Both the position numbers and the translations under genes were made by a program. DNA of 64,000 nucleotides from Dehalococcoidia bacterium. GTDB lineage: Bacteria; Chloroflexota; Dehalococcoidia; Lucifugimonadales; UBA3495. The stretch lies in contig OZ244811.1 of NCBI GenBank assembly GCA_965220105.1, forward strand, positions 709,157 to 773,156, written 5' to 3'. Positions 42,224 through 53,211 of the stretch are shown in pieces. Under the pieces are notes generated by a model. It worked only from the letters and a program-made list of their open reading frames with translations, had not been told where the DNA came from and ran no database searches. Numbering within the stretch: the stretch's first letter is position 1; every line of letters begins with the position of its first letter.

Positions 42224-42706
42224 TTACTCCAAGAACAGGTTTGGACCTTCGGCTTCGTAGTCCCATCCCAGCGACTGAACGCGGTAGCCGTACGACCTGA
42301 AAACGGAAATCGAATCCTGGAGGAGAGCCGGGTAGCGTGGACCATATCGGCCCGATTTCCCCGACACCCACAAGGAAGAATCTGTCTCGAACCACATTTC
42401 CCCACCCACATACGCCTCTCCCCCGCCGGTCAAATTTGTGTGCTTGGGCCGTTGGTCACCCAGAGCAGGGTGGGCAAGATCCAGGATGTATGGGACGCCG
42501 CGGTCATCAATGACCCACAGATACGTGTAAACGCCCGCTACATTCGGCCGCGGTGGCACCCCAAGCTCCATCTCCCCAGCCGGGGCTGTCCCCAAGAACC
42601 GGATGTCATCCAGCACACGCATTTCATGATCCTGTGGCGGCACGCGGGGCCCCTTGGGGCTGTGAAGCCCCCAGAATGCCTTCAAGTACAGAGGGACACC
42701 GCACAT
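42224..42706 (-). CDS. Small putative toxin (Ntox43-like H...GE...SG.Y motif)
   Basis: YLWVID, KHTNLTGGGEAYVGGEMWF, VSGKSGRYG; coupled to the ImmA-like gene; start uncertain. Confidence 0.55.
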   Translation of the reverse strand: MCGVPLYLKAFWGLHSPKGPRVPPQDHEMRVLDDIRFLGTAPAGEMELGVPPRPNVAGVYTYLWVIDDRGVPYILDLAHPALGDQRPKHTNLTGGGEAYVGGEMWFETDSSLWVSGKSGRYGPRYPALLQDSISVFRSYGYRVQSLGWDYEAEGPNLFLE

Positions 42707-43042
42707 ACATTATGCCCGCTTGCGCTTTCCACTCGCGGTTGGGAACAGGGCCGGTTTTGAGCGCCGATAACCAGCCGGATTGACCGTGGAGCAACTGCCC
42801 AATGGACACCGGGCCTTCCAGCTACGGTCCGGGGCCGCTGTCAACGAGCTCATCGGCTGCCTCTGAATGTGATATTTTTCACTAGCCCAAAACCAGTAAT
42901 CAGAGTATATGGTTCCGCAAAATGCGCGTCAACAAACCTAACCGGACCGTAACGTACAGCACTGGACAGGACCAGAACCTGCCTTCCAGGTTGATTGCGG
43001 ACCCGGCGGCCAGTGGCCTCAAGCAGCCAACACCGGAGCTAG

Positions 43043-44493
43043 GCTTTACGCATAATTTAGAAAAAGTATAAAGACAGGGTAAGCTGGCCTGACCCCACTT
43101 TCAACGGAAAGGCCCAGCCATGCTCACCCTGCCCGATGCCATTGTAGCCGTTCTCGTTCCCTTCGCAACGCTGTTTACGAGCCCAACCTGGCGGAAAGCC
43201 CAACTGCTGCTGGTCGGCGTGATCCTGACCCCGGGCCAACGCACCGTGGCGGCGGCACTGCGCGTCATGGGCCGCAGCGACCAGCGCGACTACGCCCGCT
43301 ACCACGAGGTGCTCAATCGGGCGGTGTGGTCGTCCCGCCAGGCAGCGCGCATCCTGCTGGCGCTGTTGCTCCAGCACCTGGATGGTGGCGACGGCCCACT
43401 GATCTTCGGCATCGACGAGACCCTGGAACGGCGTCGCGGCGCCAAGATCAGGGCGCGGGCCATCTACCGCGACCCGGTGCGTTCCAGCCGGTCTCAGGTG
43501 GTCAAGGCCAGCGGTTTGCGCTGGATCTCCCTGATGTGGCTGGGCCACGTGCCATGGGCCGGACGCCATTGGGCCTTGCCGGCGCTCACGGTGCTGGCGC
43601 CTTCGACCCGTTACTACCAACAGCAGGGACGCCAGCACAAGAAGCTCACCGACTGGGCCCGCCAGATGGTCATGCAACTGCGCCGCTGGCTGCCCCACCG
43701 ACCCCTGGCGCTGGTGGGCGACAACAGCTATGCCGTGCTGGATTTGCTCCACTGCTGCCAGTCCCTCCGTGAACCCGTTACCCTGATCGCCAGATTGCGT
43801 CTGGACGCCGCCCTGTATGCGCCAGCGCCACCCCGTCAACCTGGCCAGAACGGTCGCCCGCCATTGAAGGGCCCGCGGCGGCCGCCGCTGAAAGTTTTCC
43901 TTGCGCAGACGGATGTAACTTGGGCCAGCGCCGAGGTGGCCTGGTACGACGGCATCACCCGCGCCGTGGAACTCACCTCCCAGACGGCGGTCTGGTACCG
44001 CTCCGGCAAGCCCCCCGTCCTCATTCGCTGGGTGCTGATCCGAGACCCCCAGGGCTCCTTCGCCACTCAGGCCCTGCTCTGTACCGACCCGGCGGCGGAC
44101 CCGACCCAGATCCTGGAATGGTTTGTACTGCGCTGGCAACTGGAGGTCACCTTCCACGAGGTACGAACCCATCTGGGTGTGGAGACACAACGCCAGTGGT
44201 CCGATCTCGCCATCGCCCGCACCACGCCCGCCCTACTGGGACTCTTCTCCTGGACCACCCTGGCCGCCCACGCGTTGCAGAAACGGCGCCCCATGACCCA
44301 GCGCAAGGCCGCTTGGTACGACAAACCGTCGCCGACCTTCGTGGATGCCATCGCCCTGGCGCGTCGCCACCTGTGGCTGGCGTCGGAAGGTTTCTCACTG
44401 TCGGTCGCTGACCCCGACATTCAGGAACTCCCGGTCGCACTGTACCACCGACTTGTAGATTCCCTTGCCTACGCCGCTTGAATTGCGTAAAGC
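43043..44493 (+). mobile_element. IS701-like element, copy A (transposase 43120-44481)
   Basis: TIR gctttacgca / tgcgtaaagc, CTAG on both flanks; DDE motifs GIDETLERR, VGDNSY, RWQLEVTFHE...HLG. Confidence 0.88.
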
Positions 44494-45130
44494 CTAGCGG
44501 AGACCCTGACCTCCGTGCCCTGCGACGATACCCATGCCGTCCATTCTGCCGACGCGCCGAAAGCCTGAACCCAGACCCAGCTCGGTGCCCCGCCAAGACG
44601 TCGCGGGAGCCCGCTGGCCTGTGATGGGCGTGAGTGCGAGTCAGCGCCCCGAGGCATATCCAACGCCGCTCAAAACTGCTCGGTAATCGCCTTTACGATT
44701 ACCTCAACCACCAGCTTCTGGAGGACAATGATCAGGCTTGGCCTAAGCCGGACCGCCAAGTCAAAAAACCGGCGCAGGGCTTGATGCCACCAATTGGTCG
44801 GAGGTTCCGACATCCGAGCGACCTCGACCACCCCGATCAAGCCGGATGCTTGACGTTTCCCGCACCAATTGCAGTCGCGTGGACCGGGGATCCGCGTCGG
44901 GTTCAGGGGGTGAGGACAACGTTCGGGGTGTTGCCAGGGGGGTTCTACTCGGGTCATATTCATGACTCCTGCTGTCTCGTCGACGGCCAAGAGCCGGATA
45001 ACCCGGACCCAAACTGTGGTGATGAAGGCCATAACGGCCCACCCACACCAATTATACGCCACCGCGCGTACCCCGCCTACCGGCGGCGAAAACCCCGTGA
45101 CCCGGGTGAACTACGGTCAACCCACAAACC

Positions 45131-45706
45131 TCAGCAGACGCTTGCCGCAGTTAGGTGGTGCTCAGCACCAACAGTAGCAGCGGAACCACCTCTCTCAGCC
45201 GCCAAAATCCGGTGTCTGTCCGGATTGTCATCTCCGATGAACGCCGACAGGTCGGACATGATGTGGAGCGCAGCGGCGTCCGAATAGATGTGAGGACTTC
45301 CGACCACCGAATGCGGCCGGGAACAGCGCGCGTACATCGAGACTGCGATGAACGGCTCTCCGGTGCCAGGCGAGATGATCCGTGCCGCGACCATGATGCC
45401 GACGTTGCTGGCGGAAATGTCGTTCTGTGTCTCCTGTGGAGTAGAGAGCAGGACTTGGCGGGACCACTCCGCCTCAACGCGTTCGGATAGTTCCACCACC
45501 ACCGTCCAGAAGCCATAGTGCCCCCTGGGTCAGGGTTCCCAGGGATCCTGATGGCTGACCGCGACATCGCCGCCGGCGTTGGCCAACTCCTCTAGGATGC
45601 CCGGACCGGCCTCTTGCCGGAGCGCCACATCGGCATCCATGTACAGCAACTCAGCAACCGGCTGGACCCGCTGGGCGACGTTCCAGCAAACGACCCTGAT
45701 CACCAT
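45131..45706 (-). pseudogene. Degraded endonuclease/exonuclease/phosphatase (EEP) family gene
   Basis: IRVVCWNV...DADVALRQEA, then a frame change to ..FIAVSMYA..SDLS.FI..HRILAA, truncated where GDxN is expected. Confidence 0.6.
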
Positions 45707-45791
45707 GCGGCGGGGCACCGCGTCACCGGTGGCCCACTCGCTCCGGTCCCCGGCGACCCAGCACATTACCGACATCTCTCACCCGACCAAG

Positions 45792-45998
45792 TTGTCCCAC
45801 AACCCGGTTATGCGAAAGGCCGACGGTCCGCGTTCAGCGGGCCATCGGCCTATGTATCAACCTCGTGCTACAGCAATATGAGGGCCCCAATCCCACAACC
45901 GGGGTTGCATTTGGATCGCAGCAACTTGCGCGTTTGGTACCGTACTGACCTGTCTAGTGACGTTACCTACTGTAGGTTTGTCCCACAATTGTCCCACA
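45792..45998 (+). repeat. TTGTCCCACA direct repeats, candidate integrase arm-type sites
   Basis: ttgtcccaca at 45792, 45978 and 45989; partial tcccac at 45891 and 46095. Confidence 0.55.
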
Positions 45999-46072
45999 TC
46001 GGGACGCGTCAGCGAGCGATCCAAGCGATTTTTGTACTCAGTTTGAACTCAGATTCCGTTACGATCAAAAAT

Positions 46073-46092
46073 TGGTGCCGAGGGAGGGAATC
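46073..46092 (-). other. tRNA 3'-end fragment (att site), probably tRNA-Leu
   Basis: Minus strand GATTCCCTCCCTCGGCACCA = end of T-loop, T-stem, acceptor stem and ACCA; no 5' half present; 127 bp from the integrase stop. Confidence 0.75.
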
Positions 46093-46218
46093 AGTCCCAC
46101 TTGCCGATTACGTAGGTTTGAGTAGGCCCGGGTCGAATGCCCGGGCCGATTGCGTGAGATTAGGTGGGCCCTCGTCCTACCTGGTTTGATTACGCCAGGG
46201 CGGGAAACGCGGCGGGAA

Positions 46219-47367
46219 TCACTCGTCGCCCCCCATGGCGCTGGCGAACGCATCCGCGGCACCCTGCTGCCATCCGTAAAGCACGTGGGCGTATTGCCGC
46301 AGCGTTACGCTTGGATCGGAATGCCCCGCCCGCTCGGCCGCTACCGTGACGTTCTCCTTTTCCTGCAATATGACGCTGATGTGAAAGTGCCTGAAACTAT
46401 GGAACGTGATGTCCGGCAATCCTACTCGGGCGCCCAACTCTTTCAGTTGACGCAACATGGTTGTGGGTTTCATCAGTCCGCCGCCAGGACACGGAAACAC
46501 TAAGCCGGTAAGGCCGTCGCTGGTTCCGGCGGCGATCTGAGATCTCTGGTGCTGCCGGAGGACCTCCACGGTCCCGGCGTCGAGCGCAATGGCCCTGATC
46601 CCACTGAGCGACTTGGGCGCCTTGGTCAGCATCCCGTGCTTGTGGGTTTTGCTGGCTGCTACGCGGATGTATATGACGCGTTTGTCCCAGTCAACGCAGC
46701 ACCAGTCGAGGGCCATCCCTTCGCCGCGCCGCATTCCCGTGTACGTCAGCAAGTAGATGTATGCGAACAGGCAGTGCCCTTCCACTTCCGCCAACCTGAG
46801 CAGCCGCTTGATGGGCAGCATGTCGGGAGGCACGATCTTTTTCAGGGGAGCCTTCGGACGCGGGCCGGAGCGCAGCGGGTTGTGGTTGATCAGTTCCATC
46901 TCGATGGCGTATTCGTAAGCCCCGGACAGCACTGTGTGGACTATCTGTATCGACCTGGGAGACAGGCCTTTCTTTGACGTGGCCCCATCCGCCAGGGAGC
47001 GATCCATGATGCGAACGTGCTTTGGCGACAACTCCTTCAACGGGACGTCGCCAACGGTCGGAAAGATATGCAGGTCGGCCGCGCTGGTGTATCGCTCGTA
47101 GGTGGTCACGCCAGGGTAGAGGCGTACGACGTCTTCCAGGTATTTCGGCACCCAGTCCTGCACCAGCACCGGCATGTATAGGGAGCTTTTCCCGGAGATC
47201 ACCTCCTGCTCGGCTTCGGCCGCCATCTCCCGCTGCTTGCGGTCCGCGTCGGACTTGGTGCCGTGCACCGTGCAGGAACGGCGGCGGCGATTGCCCTTGG
47301 CATCGCGTCCTCGTTCGACGGTGATTTCCCAGACACCGCGTTTGCGCTGCCGTTTAGTTCCAGTCAT
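46219..47367 (-). CDS. Tyrosine recombinase/integrase (ICE/phage type)
   Basis: N-terminal arm-binding region (GVWEITVERGRD..G.R); TGMRRGE, PKS, HSFRH, AGHS, YAH catalytic set intact. Confidence 0.95.
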   Translation of the reverse strand: MTGTKRQRKRGVWEITVERGRDAKGNRRRRSCTVHGTKSDADRKQREMAAEAEQEVISGKSSLYMPVLVQDWVPKYLEDVVRLYPGVTTYERYTSAADLHIFPTVGDVPLKELSPKHVRIMDRSLADGATSKKGLSPRSIQIVHTVLSGAYEYAIEMELINHNPLRSGPRPKAPLKKIVPPDMLPIKRLLRLAEVEGHCLFAYIYLLTYTGMRRGEGMALDWCCVDWDKRVIYIRVAASKTHKHGMLTKAPKSLSGIRAIALDAGTVEVLRQHQRSQIAAGTSDGLTGLVFPCPGGGLMKPTTMLRQLKELGARVGLPDITFHSFRHFHISVILQEKENVTVAAERAGHSDPSVTLRQYAHVLYGWQQGAADAFASAMGGDE

Positions 47368-47587
47368 GGGCACACCTCCGTAGTTTGGAATTTTCCATCG
47401 TTGACGTCCGCCAACTCCAGTAAGCGTATCAACTCCGCATTGGGCAATCCGTAGGGATGGCTCTTCGGCCCCTTGGGTGCCCGGCGTTTTATTGACGCCA
47501 CCACACCGTTCCCCGAAGGATTTGATGGCCTCCCCCTCAATATGCGAATTGTCAACCCCAAACGGCGGCTCCCGGTACGACGATAAT

Positions 47588-47735
47588 CGTTAATTTTGTG
47601 CGTCATTCGTCACTCTCAAAATTGGCAATTTGCGCCCGACTCGCCGGGTGTTCCGGGTCTCCCACGTCAATTTTGTGCGTGAGCGACGAGGCCGCGAGCA
47701 ACGTTTACCCCTCCCGGACATTACGAAATTCGTAA
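47588..47735. promoter_or_regulatory. Candidate operator sites in the divergent int/xis intergenic region
   Basis: cgt(t/c)aattttgtgcgt at 47588 and 47665; palindrome ttacgaa-a-ttcgtaa at 47721-47735. Confidence 0.45.
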
Positions 47736-47817
47736 CGCGGCACAATCCCGGAAAACCAGCGCGCGGCGCGGCCTCGTCAACGGCGGCCTCGCTGTGCGCA
47801 AGGAACCGGAGGAATCC

Positions 47818-48225
47818 ATGTCAGTCGAAACACTCCTCGCGTGGATGCATACGGAGGATCGCACGATCCAGTACGTGGCGAGCCGGAGCGGCATCGATCC
47901 AGTCCGTCTCATAAAGCTAATCGCCGGTGCTTCCCCCACTGATGATGAGCTCGTCGCGCTGTCGGCGCTGGCCGGTATCCCGGCGGAGGATCTGAGGGGA
48001 CGCGGTTCCGACCGCGCGTCGGACGGCGACCGCCTCGACCCATTGCGCTGCTACACGGTCGCCGAGGTGGCCGCGCTCATGGGCGTCAGCGCCGACACAG
48101 TCCGCGCCGAGATGAAGTCGGGCACGCTCGAGCACGTAGTGGTCGGCGCTCGGGCGCACCGCATCCCGCGCGCGGCGCTGGAGCGGCGGCTGACGACACC
48201 CGAGCGGGGCCGCGACGGGCCCTGA
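47818..48225 (+). CDS. Xre-like HTH fused to excisionase-type (HTH_17) domain
   Basis: RBS ggagga; VASRSGIDPVRL..L..G; YTVAEVAALMGVSADTVR......L....VG...RIPRAAL. Confidence 0.8.
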   Translation: MSVETLLAWMHTEDRTIQYVASRSGIDPVRLIKLIAGASPTDDELVALSALAGIPAEDLRGRGSDRASDGDRLDPLRCYTVAEVAALMGVSADTVRAEMKSGTLEHVVVGARAHRIPRAALERRLTTPERGRDGP

Positions 48226-48276
48226 ACCGGACCCGCCATGCCGCCACGACCACGAACCGGTTGAGGAAACACAATC

Positions 48277-49868
48277 ATGACCTTGCGCAAACTCAAACGT
48301 GAAGAAGACATATTGACGATCATCTCTTGGCTCTGGATGATGCCGCTGCTGAGCCTGCCCGAGCTGGCGGCGGTCACCGGCCTCACCTACAACCGGTGCA
48401 ACCGGCTCGCCAAAATTCTCTACCGACGGGGCATGGTCGAAAGCGTGCGGCTAGGCATGACGCTGGAGCTCCAGGACAGGTGGTACCTGACCACCGGCGG
48501 CGTCGGCTTCGCGATGCAGAGCTCGGATACCCTCTTGAGTGGCAGGTGTCGGAGGCCGGATTGAAGCTGCTCATCCGCCGCCTTCCCATGCTGGAGACGT
48601 TCTACCGTTTGGCCTGCCGACTGTGGGTCCTGCACGGTGTGCAGCGAATCAACCCGATCTACTGGAGCGACGACCCGGACGACGAGCCGATTGAGTTTCC
48701 TCCCGACCTGCGCCTCACGCGCTTCCAGTGGCAGAGGGATTCCGACATCCACGCCATCACCGAATACGCCAACGGAGCCTGGGCTCCCTGGGTGTGGGTG
48801 GGACCCATGACGAAGATGAGCAGCATAGCGGAGAAGCGAAAACGCGGTGGGGAGCGGCTGGTGGAGCAATTCGGCCGTTGGCAAACTCCGACTCCGGCAC
48901 TCTGGGTGGTAATAGGGGCCGACCACCTCGGCGCTTTCGCGAGCCAAGTCATGTGGCCCGGCGACGACGTGCTGGTGATGACCGCAGATGGCACGCCGGA
49001 GCGATCGGCAGAGCCTCACGACTTCAACGGGGCATGTTTCGAGAACGCCCAGACTGACGACGTGGGCATACCCGAACGCATCCCCGCGTGGGTCCAGAAC
49101 GAACCGGCGGTGAACGGGCTGATCGGCAAGCTCAACTACGCGCTGTTCCAATTTGCCGCCCAGTGGCCCGGAACCAGGGTTGAACATCTGCGCCAACGCT
49201 TCACGGCTTCGGGCCGGGAAATCCAGGCGGCGCTCAAAACATTGGTCAGGGACTGGGATGCCGAACAGAAAAAAAAGGACCAGGACCAGGACGCGGACGA
49301 GGACCGGGGTAAAAACAGGTTGATCGAAAAACGGGGAGGCCACTTCTATCTCCCGCGGCTGGGCATGCTGGCCGCCGCCCGCATGGATCGGATCTCCCAC
49401 CAGAGCATCTACTCCAGCTATGACGTGTACCTCAAGGCCGACGGCCAGTATCGCCGAATCCGGGAGAAACACAACCAGGCCGTGGCCGATTTCGTCCTGG
49501 CGTGGCGACGTAACGGCGGCGAGGCGTTCCACGGCCGCCGTTGGGTAATGCCGTTGGCCGACGGGACCCAGATCATGCCGGACGCCATAGCAATCGGAAG
49601 CCCCGCGGGCAGCCAGGTGGGTTTGTACTTCGTCGAGGTCGAACTCTCGGCCCGCTCTCCCACACCAGTGCGCCACAAGTTGCTCCCGTACCGGACGTAC
49701 CAACAGTCTATCGGACAACCTGTCAATCTCCTGGTTGTCGTGGGCACCGAGGAGGCGGAAAAAAACTTCCTGGAGGAAGGGCGCGGGCTCGCGATTTTTA
49801 CCACCACGCTGGACCGGCTACTGGCGGCCGGCCCGGACGATGATCCTTGGCGCACACCTCGGCCATAG
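48277..49868 (+). pseudogene. Replication-relaxation (Replic_Relax)-like protein with two modules, 1-nt frameshift near 48517
   Basis: wHTH ..WYLTTGG; frames join at GFAM(Q)/ELGYPLEW; second wHTH ..FYLPRLG, HNQAVADF, MPDAI...FVEVE nuclease-like motif. Confidence 0.6.
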
Positions 49869-50663
49869 ACGGCCGAAACGACCCCGATTCAACGTAGTAT
49901 GTGTAGTACGTACTGGGCGCCCTTCACCGGCGCCTCAGTCATTTCACGGACCGCCTGAAAGCAGGTCTGGAAGGCGCCAAAACGCAAACTCGCCCCCCTG
50001 CTCCCAGCATAGAGAGGATGAGTCGGCAAGGGGGCAAGAATTTGCACAATGCCTGAAAGTGGTCCTCACGGACGAGCTAGGCACGCAAACAGGGTCATAG
50101 ATTTGCGTTGTCAACATCGGCAGAGTGCGCGGCCACTTCAGGGAAGCGCGGCTGAATCAATCCCAAGGGGGCGCCCGTTTGCAATTCGTCCACGACGGGG
50201 TCTCACGAATGCTTTGAGCACGGAAACTGGGGGGTCCGTTCGCAAAACTTCTGGCGAGTTCCGGTAAATTTCGTTACGGCGCACGCTCGGCAATCGCCGA
50301 AAACCGGTTCCGAAATCCAGAGATGGGGGATCGATTTGCAACTATAGCAGTGGCTACTCACGAATGGCATGAGTATAGGTAGCGGGGGACGTTTTTGCGA
50401 AATGGGCGAACACGGCAACTGACGATGCCCCAAGGGGGATACAAGCAACACGGTACGGTGGGCCGATACCCTTCGCTGGGGGTCAAGCGGGCGCGACGGG
50501 GTCGGATGGGTCCGACTTGGCCGGACCGACGGAAACGGTGGGGGAACGCCGTGTCGGCCGCCCAGCTCGCTGAGCGTCAGGGCGAGACAACCCCCGCGGC
50601 GGGACTCGATGGTGGGCAGCGCAGAATGTTTCTGCTGCTCCTGGGAAACGCCTGCGATTGCCG

Positions 50664-50915
50664 TCATGCCAGCCGCGTCGGCGGAAACAGCGGGCAGTCT
50701 TCGTTCCGGCAGCCCAAGGTTACGGGGTTGTCCCTGGACAGGCAGTCCTGGTGGATGGCCCGGCCGCAGAGCCAACACCAGAGGCCGCCGATCACCTGGG
50801 TTTCGTCGTCCCGTTCGACGACCAGGACGGCGCGGGCCGAGCCGCAGGCCCAGCACATTTCGCGGAACTGGAGGGAGGTTGGGTCGTCCAGGAATTGAGG
50901 GGTGTGGCGCGCCAT
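50664..50915 (-). CDS. Small Cys-rich (zinc-finger-like) hypothetical protein
   Basis: CWAC, CWLC, H.DC, C...DC in 83 aa; no clear RBS. Confidence 0.4.
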   Translation of the reverse strand: MARHTPQFLDDPTSLQFREMCWACGSARAVLVVERDDETQVIGGLWCWLCGRAIHQDCLSRDNPVTLGCRNEDCPLFPPTRLA

Positions 50916-51053
50916 TCGGTTTACCGCTTACAGTACAATGTCCGTCGCATCCATCTGTAGGGACCACCACCGGAACGGCTTGGCTCGGTGCATGACCCGC
51001 GTTGTTGGTTTCGGCTCGGTTGGTTGACTCTCGATCATCCTGGAGGATGTCTG

Positions 51054-52031
51054 ATGAATAACGGAACGGATGCCGCGAAGGCATGGTTTGGCCGGTCGGC
51101 CTTGACGACGCTGGTCCTGATAGCGGTGGCGGGGCTTCTGCTTTCCTGCGACCAGGAGACGACGGCGCCGGTGCCAGGGACGGGCCAACATCCGCCGGCG
51201 GGTGAGAATGTTACGGCGGTTGAGGTGGAGCACACAACCCGGGCGTCCGCTTCATCGGCACATGCCGATCAACCCCAGTTGTCGCAATCCACCATAAGCG
51301 GGGGGTCGTCGGGTGGGACCGGCGGAAGTTTCGGGAGCTTCCACCTATCGCCGGCTCCACAGACCGCGCCGAACGATATGACGCCGGCCCAAGGGGGGCT
51401 GACGGTTTCGGCCGTTGGCTCCGTGACCCGGTCGGCCGATGAAGCCTATGTGGTGATGATACCGGAACAACGTTACGGACCCTCAGGTCCCGAACAGCTG
51501 TCGGACGATGACCGCGACGACATAGTGGAGAATCTCGGCGAACTGGACATACCCGAGACGGATATCGAGTTCGACTTCCAGGGACGTTACGGTGCAACGA
51601 CCATCGCCGTCGCGGTGGAGCCCGACGAAATCGCCGACGAACATGAGGAGATTCTGGAGGCCGTTGAAGAGGTGATCCGCAGGTTCGAGGCGCAAGGGCT
51701 GCGCTTTGCGTTGAACGCTTCCAACTGCGAACAAGCGCTTTCCGATGCTCGCCGGGAGGCGGCGCCGGCCGCAGAGGACACCGCCGACGATTTGGCGGAG
51801 GCGCTGGGTGTCGAACGCGGTGCGGTGATCGGAGCGTTGGAAGACCGGTCGGTCAACTACCAGACTTTCGCACTGACCAATGCCGATTATGACGCCTGCG
51901 CTACTCCGGCCTCGGCCCCCTACTACCAGCTGTTGCCCTTTGACGCGGACCCCGAGGTCGAGGTATCGGTGAGCCTGCACGTTACATACGTCATAAGCGC
52001 GGCCGCCACCCCTTCGGCAACATCCCAGTAA
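51054..52031 (+). CDS. SIMPL (DUF541) domain lipoprotein
   Basis: RBS ggagga; lipobox LLLSC; LTVSAVGSV...ADEA, AR.EA...A...A..LAEALGV..G.V, VEVSVSLHVTY. Confidence 0.75.
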   Translation: MNNGTDAAKAWFGRSALTTLVLIAVAGLLLSCDQETTAPVPGTGQHPPAGENVTAVEVEHTTRASASSAHADQPQLSQSTISGGSSGGTGGSFGSFHLSPAPQTAPNDMTPAQGGLTVSAVGSVTRSADEAYVVMIPEQRYGPSGPEQLSDDDRDDIVENLGELDIPETDIEFDFQGRYGATTIAVAVEPDEIADEHEEILEAVEEVIRRFEAQGLRFALNASNCEQALSDARREAAPAAEDTADDLAEALGVERGAVIGALEDRSVNYQTFALTNADYDACATPASAPYYQLLPFDADPEVEVSVSLHVTYVISAAATPSATSQ

Positions 52032-52380
52032 GCTTCAGGTCGGGATGCTGTCGGGATGGTTTTCACCGGTGTCGTTGATGGGGGCAGCGGGTTCCTCCGT
52101 GGGCAAAAGGGTCGGAGCGTGAAGGGCCCATGACGCCGCGTTACGGTATGCCGCCGGCGTCGGCGCAGGCGCCGCCGGATGGTGCCCTCAAGCAGGTCGA
52201 CGGCGTCGTCCCGGTCGTAGGCGACGGCCGTGTGCGGCGCGTCGGCATGTTTGCGTACTCGGGTCAGTTGGCGTCAGTAGATACAGGGTGGTTGATGGGC
52301 CCGCTGGTTGGCAACCGCCGGCGCAGTGTTAGCATCTCAATCCGCCATCAATACCCCAGCGCCACAGGAGCCGATCCATC

Positions 52381-53211
52381 ATGAACACCAAACTCGCGTT
52401 GTCATTGCTGGTCGCCGTTTGCGCTGTGACCGCAATCATCGCGTCATTCGCCGTGAGCAGGCCGGCGATGACGCAAAGCGATACTCCGCAACCGACTTCA
52501 ACGCCGGTACCGCCGCAAACCCCACCGGCCACGCTGGAGCCGCTGACACCGGACGAGCTCCACGAACTGGTAGGCAGTGTTTGCAATGCGGTGGAAGTGC
52601 GCAGCCTGCGGGCGGACCTGGACGGAGACACCCTGGAGTTGGACTGGCGCACCAGTTACTACTCCGGTCCCCATCTGGGGCCTCGCTACCGTGGCCACGA
52701 AATCGGCTATCGCATCGAGCGGCGTAGGGAAGCGTCGAACGATGCCGAGGCCAACTGGGACCTGGTGGCGGAAGTAACCTACAGATCTCGGTGGAGCGAG
52801 CCGGCGGAACCGGGACATTGGCTGTATCGAGTGGCCGTGTGGGCCATCACCAAGGACGGGCAAACCCTGCAGTGCGAAGGGACACCGGACTGGCGAGAAA
52901 TCGCCGCCAATGTTCCGACGGCGGCGGAACGAGCCCAAGCGGAAGCCCAACGCCAGGTCCTGCTGGCCGAGGCGACGCGTTGCGCCAAGGTCAGCCTGAC
53001 CGCCAATGTCGCAGAGGAAGCGCTGCCGGTGGTCACGGCCCAAATTGAAGCGGCGGTGGCGGAACGGTTCGCCGAAAAAGAAGGTCCCGAAGTCCTCATG
53101 GAGTTGACGGAGTTGACTTTGACGTTGTGCTCGGGGGCGTCGGGTTCCGACGAGGGAGCCTCCGAGCTCACGCCGTGGATAGCCGTGAGATTGTTCGGCC
53201 CGAGCTTTTAG
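52381..53211 (+). CDS. Secreted hypothetical protein with an Fn3-like central domain
   Basis: Signal peptide, PT-rich linker, LELDW...GYRIERR...W..V...W...YRVAVWA. Confidence 0.6.
   Translation: MNTKLALSLLVAVCAVTAIIASFAVSRPAMTQSDTPQPTSTPVPPQTPPATLEPLTPDELHELVGSVCNAVEVRSLRADLDGDTLELDWRTSYYSGPHLGPRYRGHEIGYRIERRREASNDAEANWDLVAEVTYRSRWSEPAEPGHWLYRVAVWAITKDGQTLQCEGTPDWREIAANVPTAAERAQAEAQRQVLLAEATRCAKVSLTANVAEEALPVVTAQIEAAVAERFAEKEGPEVLMELTELTLTLCSGASGSDEGASELTPWIAVRLFGPSF

Noticed and set aside
44634-45130. ORFs 44670-45062 (-) and 44634-45287 (+)
   Set aside because: No recognisable motif or RBS in a decayed region; cannot choose a real frame
46073-46160. Intact tRNA gene
   Set aside because: Only the last 20 nt match; the adjacent sequence cannot form D or anticodon arms or the 5' acceptor strand
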